This document shows positions 1-11,230 of a DNA stretch of 64,000 bases, one piece after another. Positions within the stretch are counted from its first letter, which is position 1. Each line of letters starts with the position of its first letter. The notes under the pieces are model-generated. The model was not told the DNA's origin, did no database searches, and saw only the letters and a program-made list of their open reading frames with translations. The translations under genes and the position numbers were made by a program. Origin of the DNA: an uncultured Methanoregulaceae archaeon (GTDB taxonomy: Archaea; Halobacteriota; Methanomicrobia; Methanomicrobiales; Methanospirillaceae); contig CAWJAX010000002.1 in NCBI GenBank assembly GCA_963841015.1, positions 128,001 through 192,000 on the forward strand, written 5' to 3'.

Positions 1-1
1 C

Positions 2-166
2 CCGATGGTTGGATTCCTGCTCGCAGTCCTGTATGCTATCATCCGGGAAGTCAGGATGCCCATTGAGCCAAAGAACACCCCGGTTACTATCCTGAAAGAG
101 CGTTTTGCAAGAGGACAGATAACCGCAGAAGAGTTCGAAAAAGGAAAAGAAATTTTACTGAAATAG
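2..166 (+). CDS. SHOCT domain membrane protein, 3' part (5' end outside window)
   Basis: Frame 2 reads ...GFLLAVLYAII...ILKERFARGQITAEEFEKGKEILLK*, a SHOCT motif after a hydrophobic helix. Confidence 0.75.
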   Translation, partial: PMVGFLLAVLYAIIREVRMPIEPKNTPVTILKERFARGQITAEEFEKGKEILLK

Positions 167-451
167 AGCGGGTGGCCTGCTCAGAAAATAGTATTTTTGT
201 ACCAGATCCGTTTGTCCCGTACTCCCCGCATTTTCACCTGACGTCATAAAGCTGAAACAGGTACCGGAAAAGGTTGCGGTCGATGGGATCCGCGGTGGTG
301 GAACCGGGGTTGGGGATACCCCCGGAGGACTATCAGGAACCGCCGGCTTTGAAGCACTGCCATAATTGCCGCGGTTACCGGTGCACCCGGCAATGCAGGA
401 ATATGCCAGTACCATCATGACAAGGACCAGAACCGGGTGCCGAAGTTTCAT
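155..451 (-). CDS. Small putative lipoprotein
   Basis: Hydrophobic N-terminus ending IAGCT, then a Pro-rich linker. Confidence 0.45.
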   Translation of the reverse strand: MKLRHPVLVLVMMVLAYSCIAGCTGNRGNYGSASKPAVPDSPPGVSPTPVPPPRIPSTATFSGTCFSFMTSGENAGSTGQTDLVQKYYFLSRPPALFQ

Positions 452-665
452 AAGCGTGTTTGGGATCCTTCATGGTAATAAGGATACCTGCCCTGTCTCT
501 TTCTATCGGCAGGATCTTCATGCCGTGAACCGGGGAGGCTTGTCACCACCCGGGTCGTCCCGGTTGAACCGGGTAAGGTGGCCCTATGAAAAGCGTATTA
601 TCAGAACAGGCAGCATCCTTACCGGAACGCGTTTGTCCATTGCGTACGTGACGGGATCCTATCTC

Positions 666-1652
666 ATGACAGTTGCAATCCATATCCAGAACCTGACCCG
701 GCGATTCAACGGTCTTATCGCCGTGGACAATATATCCTTTGATATCGAAGCAGGCGAGATTTTTGGCCTTCTGGGCCCCAACGGCGCCGGCAAGACGACA
801 ACCCTCTCCATGCTCTCAACTATGCTCAAACCAACATCTGGTTCAGCTACGGTAAATGGCATCGATATTGAACGCGACGAGGATGGCGTCAGGAAATCCA
901 TCGGCATTGTCTTCCAGGACCAGAGCCTTGATGAAGAACTGACCGCCTGGGAAAACATGGACTTCCATGGACGGCTCTACCGGATCCCTGCAGATATTCG
1001 AAAACAACGGATCACCGAGCTCCTCAACCTCGTTGAGCTGGAAGACCGTCAGCATGACATAGTGAAAACATTTTCCGGAGGGATGCGGAGACGCCTCGAG
1101 ATTGCACGCGGTCTTCTCCACCATCCTGCGGTCCTGTTCCTGGACGAACCCACCCTGGGCCTTGACCCCCAGACCCGCAATCACCTCTGGCAGTACATTG
1201 CAACCCTTGCAAAGGAAAAGGGAATCACCATTATCCTCACCACGCATTACATGGAAGAAGCTGACCGGTTGTGCAACCGTGTCGCTATCATCGATCACGG
1301 GAAGATCATTGCCCTTGACACCCCAAAAAACTTAAAAGATGGCATTGGCGGGGATGTCGTGACCATCCGCTCGCCGGACCCGGCAGCAATTATCGCAGCC
1401 CTTTCTGAACCATGGATCACCCGCGTGGAACAACACAACGATGAAGTAGTTGTCAGCCTGCAGAACGCCGAACAGCATATCAGTACTATCGTAACCCTGC
1501 TCAACACAAACCGGGTCCCGATCGAGTCCATAGCCATCCACAAGCCAACCCTTGAGGATGTGTTCCTCTCCTTTACCGGAAAAACCATCCGTGAAGAAGA
1601 AGCGGACACTAAAACGAACATGAGGATGTACCAGAAGATGGTGAGGCATTAA
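666..1652 (+). CDS. ABC exporter ATP-binding subunit (DrrA-like)
   Basis: Walker A GPNGAGKTT, signature FSGGM, Walker B LFLDEPT, H-loop TTHYM. Confidence 0.95.
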   Translation: MTVAIHIQNLTRRFNGLIAVDNISFDIEAGEIFGLLGPNGAGKTTTLSMLSTMLKPTSGSATVNGIDIERDEDGVRKSIGIVFQDQSLDEELTAWENMDFHGRLYRIPADIRKQRITELLNLVELEDRQHDIVKTFSGGMRRRLEIARGLLHHPAVLFLDEPTLGLDPQTRNHLWQYIATLAKEKGITIILTTHYMEEADRLCNRVAIIDHGKIIALDTPKNLKDGIGGDVVTIRSPDPAAIIAALSEPWITRVEQHNDEVVVSLQNAEQHISTIVTLLNTNRVPIESIAIHKPTLEDVFLSFTGKTIREEEADTKTNMRMYQKMVRH

Positions 1653-1654
1653 TC

Positions 1655-2405
1655 ATGGACATCGTTTACACGATCTGGCTCCGGAATATGAAACGCTTCC
1701 TCCGGTCAAAGAGCCGGATCATTGGCAGCATCGCGATGCCGCTCTTCTTCCTGCTCTTTTTAGGAGTCGGCCTGAATGCTGTCGTACCAGCTGCCCGGCC
1801 TGGGGGAAAACTACATCGTGTTCCTGATACCGGGTATGATCGCCATGAGCGTGCTGTTCACCTCTGTTTTTTCCGGGATCCAGGTCATCTGGGACAAACA
1901 GTTCGGGTTTTTGAAAGAGACACTTGTTGCACCGGTCTCACGGCTTGAGATCATGTCAGGACAGACCCTTGGCGGGGCAACCACTGCCGTCATCCAGGGA
2001 TCCCTGATCCTTGTCCTGTCAGTTTTGGTCGGGTTCCCGATAGCAAACCCGGCCGGTTTTCTCATAGCTCTTGCATTCATGGTCCTGATCGGTATATCGT
2101 TCACCGCGTTTGGCATTGCAATTGCTTCACGCATGGAAGATATGACCGGTTTCCAGCTCATCATGAATTTTGTCGTCTTCCCGATATTCGGCCTGTCCGG
2201 GGCACTCTTTCCCATCAGCTCTTTGCCGGCGTGGATGATCCCGCTTACCCTGCTCGATCCCCTGACGTATGGGGTGGAGGGGATCCGTTACGGTCTTACC
2301 GGTGTATCACAGATTAATCCGCTTGTCTGTGGTGCGGTCATCGGGGGGTTCACCATGGTGATGACAATCCTTGGGGCATTCCTGTTCAGGAAAATCAGGA
2401 TCTGA
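1655..2405 (+). CDS. ABC-2 permease (DrrB-like), +1 frameshift near 1787
   Basis: ORFs 1655 and 1776 join into a multi-TM permease with GFLKETLVAPVSR; extra C in gtaccag. Confidence 0.9.
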
Positions 2406-2629
2406 AAAGAAGGTTTTATTCTTAACAGCTTGGCAATCGTTCTTTTCAGGAGAAGGATGTGTTCATGGAAAAAGGAGAATGCCCTTCTTTGTTTTTTCAC
2501 CATAACCGGGTGAATTGCATTGTACCAGGAATCCCATAAATGGCCGTAATTTCAATTCTGCAGCATATAACTGCGAATTTTTTTGTAGTCAAGGGCTGTT
2601 TAATTAGGGGATACATCACAACTACCTGC

Positions 2630-3460
2630 ATGCAACCAGAAAAGAAGACCGAAAAGATCCCTCTTCTTCCCGTTCTTGCAGGGGCTTTGATACTCATCCC
2701 CTTCCTCCTTGTCGCAGGGTGCACAGGGGAGACACCTGAACCCCGGCTGAGCGGAACCGGATGGACCCTTACGGGCTATGTCCCCGATGGCACACTTATA
2801 CCTGCCCTCACAACGACAAAAGTCACCCTCGATTTCGGTAAGGATGGTCAAATCACCGGTACGGCCGGGTGTAACCGCTACTTTGCCTCCTATGAGGTGA
2901 AAGGCACAGCGATCACTATCGGTCAGGCAGGATCTACCCTGATGTACTGCGGTGAACCGGGCGTGATGGACCAGGAGAGTGCCTACCTTGCCCTCATCGG
3001 TAACGCAAAGACTGTTGGGATCGATGGTGACCGGCTCACCATGGCAGATGCGAAGGGTACACCAATCCTCATATTTACAAAGACCGTTCTGCCAGCGCAG
3101 GAACCCCTTGTCGGTACCAACTGGATCCTGGAATCCTTCCATACTGCAGATGCAGTATCCTCGGTTCTCGCCGGGACATCCATCACCGCAGTCTTTGGTC
3201 CGGATGGAACTGTGTCTGGTTCAGCCGGGTGCAACCGTTATTTCGCCTCATATACCATGACCGAAACATCGCTTTCGATCGGCACGGTCGGGTCAACCAA
3301 AATGGCCTGCGGAACACCGGGCATGATGCAGCAGGAAAGTACCTACCTGTCGCTCCTCAGCCAGACAAAGACCTACACCATCAGGGGTGACCAGCTCACC
3401 CTGGCAGACGCGAAGGGCACACCCATCTTATCGTATGCAAAATCGGTCCTGCCCGCATAA
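2630..3460 (+). CDS. Lipoprotein with two META (HslJ-like) domains
   Basis: VAGCT lipobox; two copies of L.GT.W.L...G.AGCNRYFASY...ST.M.C. Confidence 0.9.
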   Translation: MQPEKKTEKIPLLPVLAGALILIPFLLVAGCTGETPEPRLSGTGWTLTGYVPDGTLIPALTTTKVTLDFGKDGQITGTAGCNRYFASYEVKGTAITIGQAGSTLMYCGEPGVMDQESAYLALIGNAKTVGIDGDRLTMADAKGTPILIFTKTVLPAQEPLVGTNWILESFHTADAVSSVLAGTSITAVFGPDGTVSGSAGCNRYFASYTMTETSLSIGTVGSTKMACGTPGMMQQESTYLSLLSQTKTYTIRGDQLTLADAKGTPILSYAKSVLPA

Positions 3461-3566
3461 ATAAAGATACAAGACGGTTGTGCGTTGAACCAGCGAAACG
3501 CATATTACTCCACAATGATATCATCAGACTATCCCTGTTGGGATATGGTCAGGAGATGAACAAAAA

Positions 3567-3800
3567 ATGAAGAAAACCCATGAAAAAGAACATATGGCCG
3601 TTGCCAAGGTAGTCGAGTTAATCGGCAGTTCACCCGACGGTTGGGAAGCCGCAACCGCAAACGCCGTGGAGGCAGCAGCCCAGACCATCCGGAATATCAA
3701 GGGTGTAGATGTCAGGCGATGTACAGCAAAAGTAGAGAACAACAAGATTGTGGAATATCGTGCTGTGGTGAAAATCGCTTTCATCGTGGAGAGAGAATAA
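3567..3800 (+). CDS. Dodecin family protein
   Basis: VAKVVELIGSSPDGWEAA...A.QTIRNI...VEYRAVVKIAF. Confidence 0.9.
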   Translation: MKKTHEKEHMAVAKVVELIGSSPDGWEAATANAVEAAAQTIRNIKGVDVRRCTAKVENNKIVEYRAVVKIAFIVERE

Positions 3801-3890
3801 TCCCCTCTTTTGGATTTTTTTTGGGGGCTGTCCTTTTGTCTTCCCTTCAAATCCTTATCCTGCCGTGCTCGTGACCGATCATCGGGAAAC

Positions 3891-5060
3891 TTAGTCCAGA
3901 TCATACTTATCTGATATCTTTGAGAGTTCCACACGGTAACTCTGGTTCAGGCTTCCTCCCATCTGCTCGAGTTGCTTCATTCTCCTTGCATCACCATATT
4001 CAGTACTCACATCCAGGACTTTTTTTCCTCCAATCAGGTGGATGACACGCGGATTTTGTGATATACTGAAACCGCCATAACCGGCATCAGGTTCATAGGT
4101 TATGATGGTCGGTCGAGTTGTCTCGATATAGGCATAGCCGGTATCATAAAAACTATACCGTGAGGAAGATTTCACCCCAACCGCCATGTGGCCGGGAAAT
4201 TCGAATAACACGGTTTCATACCCCAGTTCATTCAGGATATACGCCAGCAGGATCGACTTGTCTGCTGCTGATCCCTCATTGTTATGCAGGATTTCATAAG
4301 GAAAGTACCAATCTGTTTGCGTCCTGACATACCTGTTCCCGTTGTTCGGAATACGCTGGACCAGGCTTATGGCAATCTTTGCCTGGTCATCGCCCGTGAC
4401 TGATCGTTTGCGGATCATGTCAATGAAGGGCAGCATAAATTCATTCTGGACCGTATTTTCCAGAAGGTCCATGATCACCCCGTTATCAGGATCGTAGTAA
4501 AAGGAATGGCTCTTGCCGGAGAAAAAATCCGATAAACCGCCAAATGTTGTAAAGCTCAGGGATCTCCGGTTACCCTCAATAAAATATGAGAACGAGGTGG
4601 TCTTTGGCGATCGCAGGTAATCCACCTCGGAAAGGGTTGTTACCAGGGGGGCTGGGCTCTGGGGTGCCAGAGAGGGAGAAGACTGGACGGGAACCTCACT
4701 GGTGACAGCGGGAGGAGAAATTATTGGGGAAGGTACACTCAGGGAGGGAAGAACCTGGGAGAGAAAAAGCAGAACTGCTGCCGCCACCACGATGATTATC
4801 ACACCAAAGAGTATCCGAAGAGACGGCCGGGGAATTTTTTTTGCCGGTTTTTTTTCCCGCTGGTAGGTGTGGGGTGTTTTCCAGTAAGAAAGAGTGAGCT
4901 TGCCCTGGTCCACCGTGTACTGGACCAGATAATCGTAGGGATCACCGTAAAAAACAGTTTTATAGGTATTCCTGACCCATCGCTGTGGTTTTGAGTCCTC
5001 TTTCACCCAGTCAGGCAGATCACGATACCTGACCGGTTCCCAATCGTCAGCGTGCGTCAT
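3891..5060 (-). CDS. Membrane-anchored transglutaminase-like domain protein
   Basis: TM helix, P/S-rich stalk, FPYEIL...GSAADKSILL...HMAVGV...YIETT. Confidence 0.7.
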   Translation of the reverse strand: MTHADDWEPVRYRDLPDWVKEDSKPQRWVRNTYKTVFYGDPYDYLVQYTVDQGKLTLSYWKTPHTYQREKKPAKKIPRPSLRILFGVIIIVVAAAVLLFLSQVLPSLSVPSPIISPPAVTSEVPVQSSPSLAPQSPAPLVTTLSEVDYLRSPKTTSFSYFIEGNRRSLSFTTFGGLSDFFSGKSHSFYYDPDNGVIMDLLENTVQNEFMLPFIDMIRKRSVTGDDQAKIAISLVQRIPNNGNRYVRTQTDWYFPYEILHNNEGSAADKSILLAYILNELGYETVLFEFPGHMAVGVKSSSRYSFYDTGYAYIETTRPTIITYEPDAGYGGFSISQNPRVIHLIGGKKVLDVSTEYGDARRMKQLEQMGGSLNQSYRVELSKISDKYDLD

Positions 5061-5495
5061 TTTTCAGCGAACCCCGCCGGATTTTTTCCCCTGTAAAACC
5101 TGGGCAAAGAAAATCAGTACTTTGTTATGTAGTAGGATGATAACAGCGTCCGGATAAAAAAACTGTTTGGTTCGTGGTTGCCGGCCAGATATGCCTCCCG
5201 GCACGTATGCCTTCGTTACTGCACCCACACGGTTCCCTGACGAATTCTCCCCCTTTTAAAAAATCCCTTCCCTCGAGAAATGACCACGCACCAGATCGCC
5301 TGCATAATTTTTACCCGTGTCCTGGTATTCCCCATAAAAAGTATACAGAATACCTCCACCATCCCTGCTCCGGTAGTTTTTGTTTAAAAAAAAATACCTC
5401 CTCCCTGGTTCTGATATGAAGATTAGCAACCATGACCACAAACCACTTGGCACCTTGCGTGCAACCTGTTCCGCAATACGTTCAGGTTTTTTAAA

Positions 5496-6594
5496 ATGAA
5501 CACATCTGATTCCCAATGCGGAGAGGCGCATTCCTATACCCTGAAACAGCTTGGCTGGACAGAAGAACATACGCAGGCATTTTCAAAATATACCGGACCT
5601 TACGTGCCCGGTCGCGTGGCCTGCCGGCAAAAAACCGTCTGGGATGTTTTTATCGAGGGGGGATCTGTTACCTCCGGGATTTCCGGAGCCCTGAGAAAGC
5701 TCGGCCGCTTTCCCGCAGTGGGCGATTTTGTCGTGCTGCTTCACCAGCCGGAAGCCGGCTCCTCGACTATCGTTGATATCTTACCGCGGAAATCTGTATT
5801 CACGCGGGGAACTTCCGCAAAAGAAGGCACAGACCAGGTCATTGCGGCTAACATCGATATCGTGTTTATTGTCACTGCAGCCGGTCATGACCTCAACGCA
5901 CGGAGGATCGAACGATACCTTGCGATCGCCCATGCGTCAGGTGCAAAACCAGTGATCGTGATCAATAAATCCGATCTTACGGACGACCCTGCACTGCTGA
6001 CTGATGAAATTATCCCGGTTGCATCCGGTATTCCGGTTATACCCATTAGTGCCATCAGTGGTGATGGGATCCCCCGGCTCGAACCATTCCTTACCCCAGA
6101 GACAACAATCGTACTCATCGGTTCATCCGGTGTCGGCAAGTCTACGCTGATCAACCGGTTGCTGGACCGGCCCATCCAGGAAACTTCCGTTATCCGGGAC
6201 TATGACGGGAAAGGCCGGCATACAACGACCGTACCGGCAGCTCTTCATTATGAAGAGCGGGGCACTCATGATCGATAATCCCGGGCTTCGGGAGGTTGGA
6301 ATTGGCACGGCATCAGCCGGGATTGGCGAAACATTTCCGGATATTCTAAAACTTGCAACCGGATGCCGGTTCTCGGATTGCCGGCACGAGCAGGAGCCGG
6401 GCTGTGCTGTGCAGGAAGCAGTGAAGAGTGGAACACTTTCTTCACCCCGGTTGGAAAATTATCACCGGCTCATGCGGGAACTTGCATTCGAGCAGGAGAA
6501 AGCCGAGATCGGGCTTGTGCGGTCCGAACGAAAGCGGTGGAAAGGTATCACAAAACTCGCAAAGGAGATCTCTAAAAGGAAAGGGGATTTTTAG
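5496..6594 (+). CDS. rsgA: Ribosome small subunit-dependent GTPase A, +1 frameshift near 6234
   Basis: Circularly permuted GTPase order NKSD, GSSGVGKSTL, GRHTT, DNPG, plus C-terminal CRFSDCRHEQEPGC zinc site. Confidence 0.92.
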
Positions 6595-6673
6595 AGCATC
6601 CAGGTATGTTTCATTTTTGATGAGAATCACAATCCATTGTGTGGTATTTTAAAAAAAACAGGTATCTTAAAAA

Positions 6674-7705
6674 TCAGTATTTCTTTGAGAGAACCACAAA
6701 CCCGAGTACGAGTGCTCCCAGTACCACCATTGTGTCGAGAGGTGAAGCCTGGGTTGTCGTGGTCGGCCAGGGCGTCGGTACCTTTTTCGTGCTGGTTCTC
6801 ATGACGGTAGTTGTGGGACTACCTGCAGGCCGGCTGGTGGCAGCAGCGGTCTGAACTGCACCGAGGTCTGCATTCACCTGTATCGTTGTTCCGCTTTTGA
6901 CAATTACGCGTTCGGACCAGTCTCCGTAGCCGGTTTTTGAGATCAGTACCATATGATATCCCGGTGAAACATCGTCTACGGTATAGGGTGTTATTCCCAC
7001 GTATACCGAATCCAGGGAGATCTTGGCACCGGAAGGACTTGAGGTGATTTCAATACTGCCGGCCTGATCGGTCACGATCTCAAACCGCAGATCACATTCA
7101 ATGGTACCGAGAGGATCCACAACACACACCTCATAGGAATCAGGAGTCGTGTCGGCAAGATCAATTTTTCCCAGGATTTTTGTCGAGGTCTGTGAGGTGA
7201 TATCCGCGGTAATGTTGGTACGGCCCGCTTTACGCAGGTACATACTATCAATATCTGCCAGACCCGTACCCACAACAGTAACGATACCGGTGGAATTCGC
7301 CTGTGCACTTGTGGGGGATATCGACGTCAGCGTGATCGCGTTTTTTATCGTAAATCCATCGTACAACACCGCTTCCTGCAGATCCCGGTTTCCCACAACG
7401 ACATCCCACTCTCCTGCAGTAGCGCCGGAAATGGGAAACGTACAGGTAAGCGAGGTATTTGAATATGCAGTGACCGTTGCCGAAATATTTGCTTCTCCGG
7501 CCTTCATAAGCCGGACTTTTCCGAGACTTGTGGTTACATTCAGTCCCGTACCGTTTATAACAACACCTCGTACCGACGCCCCGTTATACCCGTACGCCGG
7601 AGTAACGGAGGAGATGCCTGGCGTATCAAGTGCTGACACCGGTACTGTAACGGAAAGTAGCAGTACTATCCCTATCATGCACAGCAGGAAAAATTGTTTT
7701 TTCAT
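6674..7705 (-). CDS. Cell-surface protein with IPT/TIG-like repeats, PEGA domain and C-terminal sorting-type anchor
   Basis: Signal peptide, ISSVTP/LTSISP starts, ITSSPSGAKISLD..GITP (PEGA), Thr-rich linker, TM plus KKY. Confidence 0.8.
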   Translation of the reverse strand: MKKQFFLLCMIGIVLLLSVTVPVSALDTPGISSVTPAYGYNGASVRGVVINGTGLNVTTSLGKVRLMKAGEANISATVTAYSNTSLTCTFPISGATAGEWDVVVGNRDLQEAVLYDGFTIKNAITLTSISPTSAQANSTGIVTVVGTGLADIDSMYLRKAGRTNITADITSQTSTKILGKIDLADTTPDSYEVCVVDPLGTIECDLRFEIVTDQAGSIEITSSPSGAKISLDSVYVGITPYTVDDVSPGYHMVLISKTGYGDWSERVIVKSGTTIQVNADLGAVQTAAATSRPAGSPTTTVMRTSTKKVPTPWPTTTTQASPLDTMVVLGALVLGFVVLSKKY

Positions 7706-8058
7706 GGTAATACTCCCATCAATGATCACACAATGAAGGAATTTTGACAGGAGATCCATATATAATCAATTCATGGTTCTGGTTAGACGTTTGATAAACG
7801 GGGGATCGTGCACTTTTTTTCGTCTCAGTCCCGGTATCCTGCTTCGTCATCTTTGCATAATCCCTGCATTGAAAAACCGATATTTACCAGGTCTTTGAGG
7901 GTGATAATATCCTGTCTTCCACTCCTCAAAGAAGGCACGCTCCATTCCATTTCTTCTTTAATTCAGGGAAAAGTATCAAAAAACGATCTGTCGTAATTTC
8001 TGGCAAATTTCCTTGTGGGGCGATTTTTGTTTGTCGATCTATCCGGTTATTTTTTCAT

Positions 8059-8442
8059 TCATGGTAGTTCAAAATATTTTTTCGTATGGACACAAAAAAT
8101 TTTATTCTCATGAATCCATCGTTGTTTTTCGTGTTTCAGGAACTTTCTGATGCCGTTTTTCTCGATAAATTCCAGGTTTTCAATCATACTCATCCCATAC
8201 CTGGTTTTGTATCTTTTATCCAGATCCCTGAGTCTTTTGCAGGGATACTTTTCGCAGGTAATTGAGCAATATTTCATCCCTTTTTCTTTCAGGACTTTAC
8301 AGTGCTTAATACTACATTTCCGGCAATAACCAGAGTGGCTTTCGTCCATCCCTCTGCATCCGGGACAGGTATTTTTCTCTCTCAAATATCCTGAACAAAT
8401 GGCGCAGTTCATTCCGCAGGGCGCGATTAATCTTGTTTTCAT
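8059..8442 (-). CDS. DUF3795 Cys-rich protein
   Basis: IAPCGMNCAIC...CPGC...CSIKHC...YC..CEKYPC. Confidence 0.85.
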   Translation of the reverse strand: MKTRLIAPCGMNCAICSGYLREKNTCPGCRGMDESHSGYCRKCSIKHCKVLKEKGMKYCSITCEKYPCKRLRDLDKRYKTRYGMSMIENLEFIEKNGIRKFLKHEKQRWIHENKIFCVHTKKYFELP

Positions 8443-8443
8443 A

Positions 8444-9151
8444 TCATTTTACCATTGCTTTTGTTTTTAGATCTTCCGGCATTTTTTCAATGGCATAGCG
8501 CAAAGCGGTGCGGGGCATCCTGGTTTTGTTTTTCATTACATACTCAAAGACCTCGTTCTGATGCGCTTCACTGGTGGCTTTCAGCATCCAGCCATATCCT
8601 TTTTGCACCAGATCGTCGCGGTCCAACAACAAAATATCGGCTATCTCAAAAATATCCGGTAAAAATTTTCCCTGCCGTGCCGGAATTATCAGTGTTACGG
8701 CGGATGCTCTTTTAACCCAGCGATTGTCGGACCTGGCCCACTTTTTCAAATTGTTAAGATGTTCAGGATACATTTCCACAAAAGTGCCGATAGTGTGATT
8801 GCACAAGGTGTCGCAGGATGCCCAGTTGGAAACATACGTATTCACCCATTTTTCAAATACCGTAAAATCGGCTGGCTCAAAGTTTTTGCGGACAAGATAG
8901 GCAAAATGGCAGGCGATAAACGACTCTTCCATATACCCCGACTGCCACAGTTCTTCGCACAGGGCAAATACCGCCTTTTTATCCATGGCAAAAATTTCCT
9001 TATCAAACGCTTTGCAAATCCTGGTGACAACAGCTGTCTTAACCCCGTAAATTTTCACGTTTTCCTTAAAAAAATTCTGCCCCGTGGACGCGGTATGCGG
9101 GTCGCTGTTTTGTCTGAGTTCCTGACGGATTTGCCGGATGATTCCCTTCAT
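8444..9151 (-). CDS. DNA alkylation repair protein (AlkD-like)
   Basis: NWASCD, W..S.NRWVKRA, DLVQKGYGWML, RTALRYAIEK. Confidence 0.9.
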   Translation of the reverse strand: MKGIIRQIRQELRQNSDPHTASTGQNFFKENVKIYGVKTAVVTRICKAFDKEIFAMDKKAVFALCEELWQSGYMEESFIACHFAYLVRKNFEPADFTVFEKWVNTYVSNWASCDTLCNHTIGTFVEMYPEHLNNLKKWARSDNRWVKRASAVTLIIPARQGKFLPDIFEIADILLLDRDDLVQKGYGWMLKATSEAHQNEVFEYVMKNKTRMPRTALRYAIEKMPEDLKTKAMVK

Positions 9152-9516
9152 GGTTAATTTTTATCTTTCCCTTTCCACCATGTTAGTTTTTTTGGGTTAC
9201 GGGTATGGTTTTTGGCAAAACAGCCTGCTCTCTGGTGATAAAAATACGGCTATGATCGGGTATCTGGCAAAACCTGCACCAACTCCTGCCTCTGGTAGAG
9301 AGAATGACCACACCAATAAAAAAGACAATCCCTCTGGCAATTTGCCAGGTCGCTGATTTACCTGTAATCGGCGTGCAATTAGCAAAACTAAAAAATTGGT
9401 TTGATGTAGACAAGATCAGAGCACACGGAATCCTTCCTGTCGGATTACGAACCGCAATATAGATAATTGCTCCCGTTGATCAGAAAACAGAGATCGTACG
9501 CGGTTGTGAAAAAAAC

Positions 9517-9809
9517 ATGGAAAAGAGACAGTATCCGGAATACAAACGTCTGATATTCCGCATCCATGCCCTGCGGCAGATGTTCCAGCGCCGGATCTCA
9601 GATAGTGAAATTCATGAAATTCTGGCAAAGGGGTTTATCATCGAGGATTATCCTGAGGACACTCCCCATCCCAGCTGCCTTGTATCGGGCATTGTTAACA
9701 ACCGTCCAATCCATGATACAATAATGTAGACCACGAAGCAATTGTTATCACAGCATATGAGCCCGACCACGAAACCTGGTCGGGAGATTTTACCCGGAGG
9801 AGATCATGA
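9517..9809 (+). pseudogene. DUF4258 toxin-like gene, frameshifted near 9716
   Basis: HALRQMFQRRI...IIEDYPED.PHPSCL..G...RPIH; IVITAYEPD..TWS.DFTRR continues in another frame and overlaps the next start (ATGA). Confidence 0.75.
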
Positions 9810-10048
9810 AATGTGTTATCTGTAAACACGGGCAGACGAAAGAGGGGGTGACAACCGTTACCTTCGAGCGTGACGGCCTGACCTTGGTTGTCAAGGAAGT
9901 TCCTGCCAGGATCTGCACAAACTGCGGGGAGGATTATGTTGACGAACAGGTTTCTCATGAGATCCTGGGTATCGCGGAACGCATGGCGAAGAGCGGAGCG
10001 CTGGTGGATGTCCGGAAATACGTGGCAGGATATGCCGGAACATGCTGA
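9806..10048 (+). CDS. YgiT/MqsA-type zinc finger antitoxin
   Basis: MKCVICK.G...VPARICTNCGEDY. Confidence 0.9.
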   Translation: MKCVICKHGQTKEGVTTVTFERDGLTLVVKEVPARICTNCGEDYVDEQVSHEILGIAERMAKSGALVDVRKYVAGYAGTC

Positions 10049-10387
10049 TACCCTCTGATTCATTGTCTGGTATTCCGAATGAAATTGTCCTTCGAAGGGT
10101 ACAAGAGAGTTTTTCCCTTTGAGGGTCCTGTTTTTTAAGAAGAGCCGATGGCGTGGGGTTTTCTCTCTGGAATTCTGCGGTAGTGCCGACAGAGGAGAAT
10201 TCCCGAAAAACCGGTTTTCTGGCAAGGATAAATACAACGCGGCGGGAACTTCCGGGAAAACCGGACTTGCAGATGAAAATTGTGGTCAAAGGAGGATTTG
10301 GGGACGGAACGTGCGGCAAAAGGGAGTCCGGCCACATTAAGGATCCAAAATCAGCGGTTGAGTACGGGGACCGGGGAAAAAAAGGGA

Positions 10388-11080
10388 CTATGAGAGAACA
10401 TTTGTTGCGGTAATCCTGGCAGGTGCAGTCTTTGTGAATGGCACGGTGACACCACCGGACGGTTTCATCACAATGTTCATTTCAGTGTTGGCAGGTACCG
10501 GGGCAACATAAAACGTAATCTCGGCCTGATCACCGGGATTCAGTGTTGTGACTTTGGCAGTGCCGGTTTTTGCGGTAAAAAAACCTGTAGAGGTCCTGGT
10601 ACTGTAGAGGAGGGGTACCGGGAAGGTACCGGGGGTAGAAAAGACAATCTGCATCTTTGTCACATCCAGTGCCGGACTGCAGGGGTCAAGACCAAGGGTG
10701 AACCTGATCTCGTCAATACCCGCGGCCGGATCCGATGCACGACCAATGACATTGCCAGTCATCCTGATGCCGGGAGCAGGCTGTTCACTGCCCGTGCATA
10801 CGGTTCTGACTGACGGGGAGGCGGGAACCGGTGCGGTATCCCGTGTCTGCGCCGGGACCGGTACGGTAACCGTTACATAGACAACCCGGGGCGTTGGCAT
10901 TGCGAGGGGGAGATGTACATTCCCAAACGGTGAACCGGATGGCGTGACCGAAGGATTGCCTTTCACACCCTCTGGAGCCGGTGGTATGGCAGGGTTGCCC
11001 GTGTCCTGCGTGGTGCATCCCGGCAAAAATACCATCGCGATAAGGAGAACTGAACAGATGAGTATTCCACAGGTGCGCAT
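10388..11080 (-). CDS. Lipoprotein with archaellin-like C-terminal domain
   Basis: LPGCT lipobox, Pro-rich linker, then MTGNVIG...IDEIRFTLGL...LDVTKMQIVFST...LNPGDQ. Confidence 0.6.
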   Translation of the reverse strand: MRTCGILICSVLLIAMVFLPGCTTQDTGNPAIPPAPEGVKGNPSVTPSGSPFGNVHLPLAMPTPRVVYVTVTVPVPAQTRDTAPVPASPSVRTVCTGSEQPAPGIRMTGNVIGRASDPAAGIDEIRFTLGLDPCSPALDVTKMQIVFSTPGTFPVPLLYSTRTSTGFFTAKTGTAKVTTLNPGDQAEITFYVAPVPANTEMNIVMKPSGGVTVPFTKTAPARITATNVLS

Positions 11081-11230
11081 GACTGAGGTGATATCATTAA
11101 AATGATTAATATTAATCCATCCGTCTGGTTATACCCTGTACCCTTATTATGCAAATGCCAGAGACGAATCGGCCTTTACCCGGCATATTTTCCGAAGGGA
11201 TGTGGTCGTTTCACCCTGTTCCTCCTTGTC

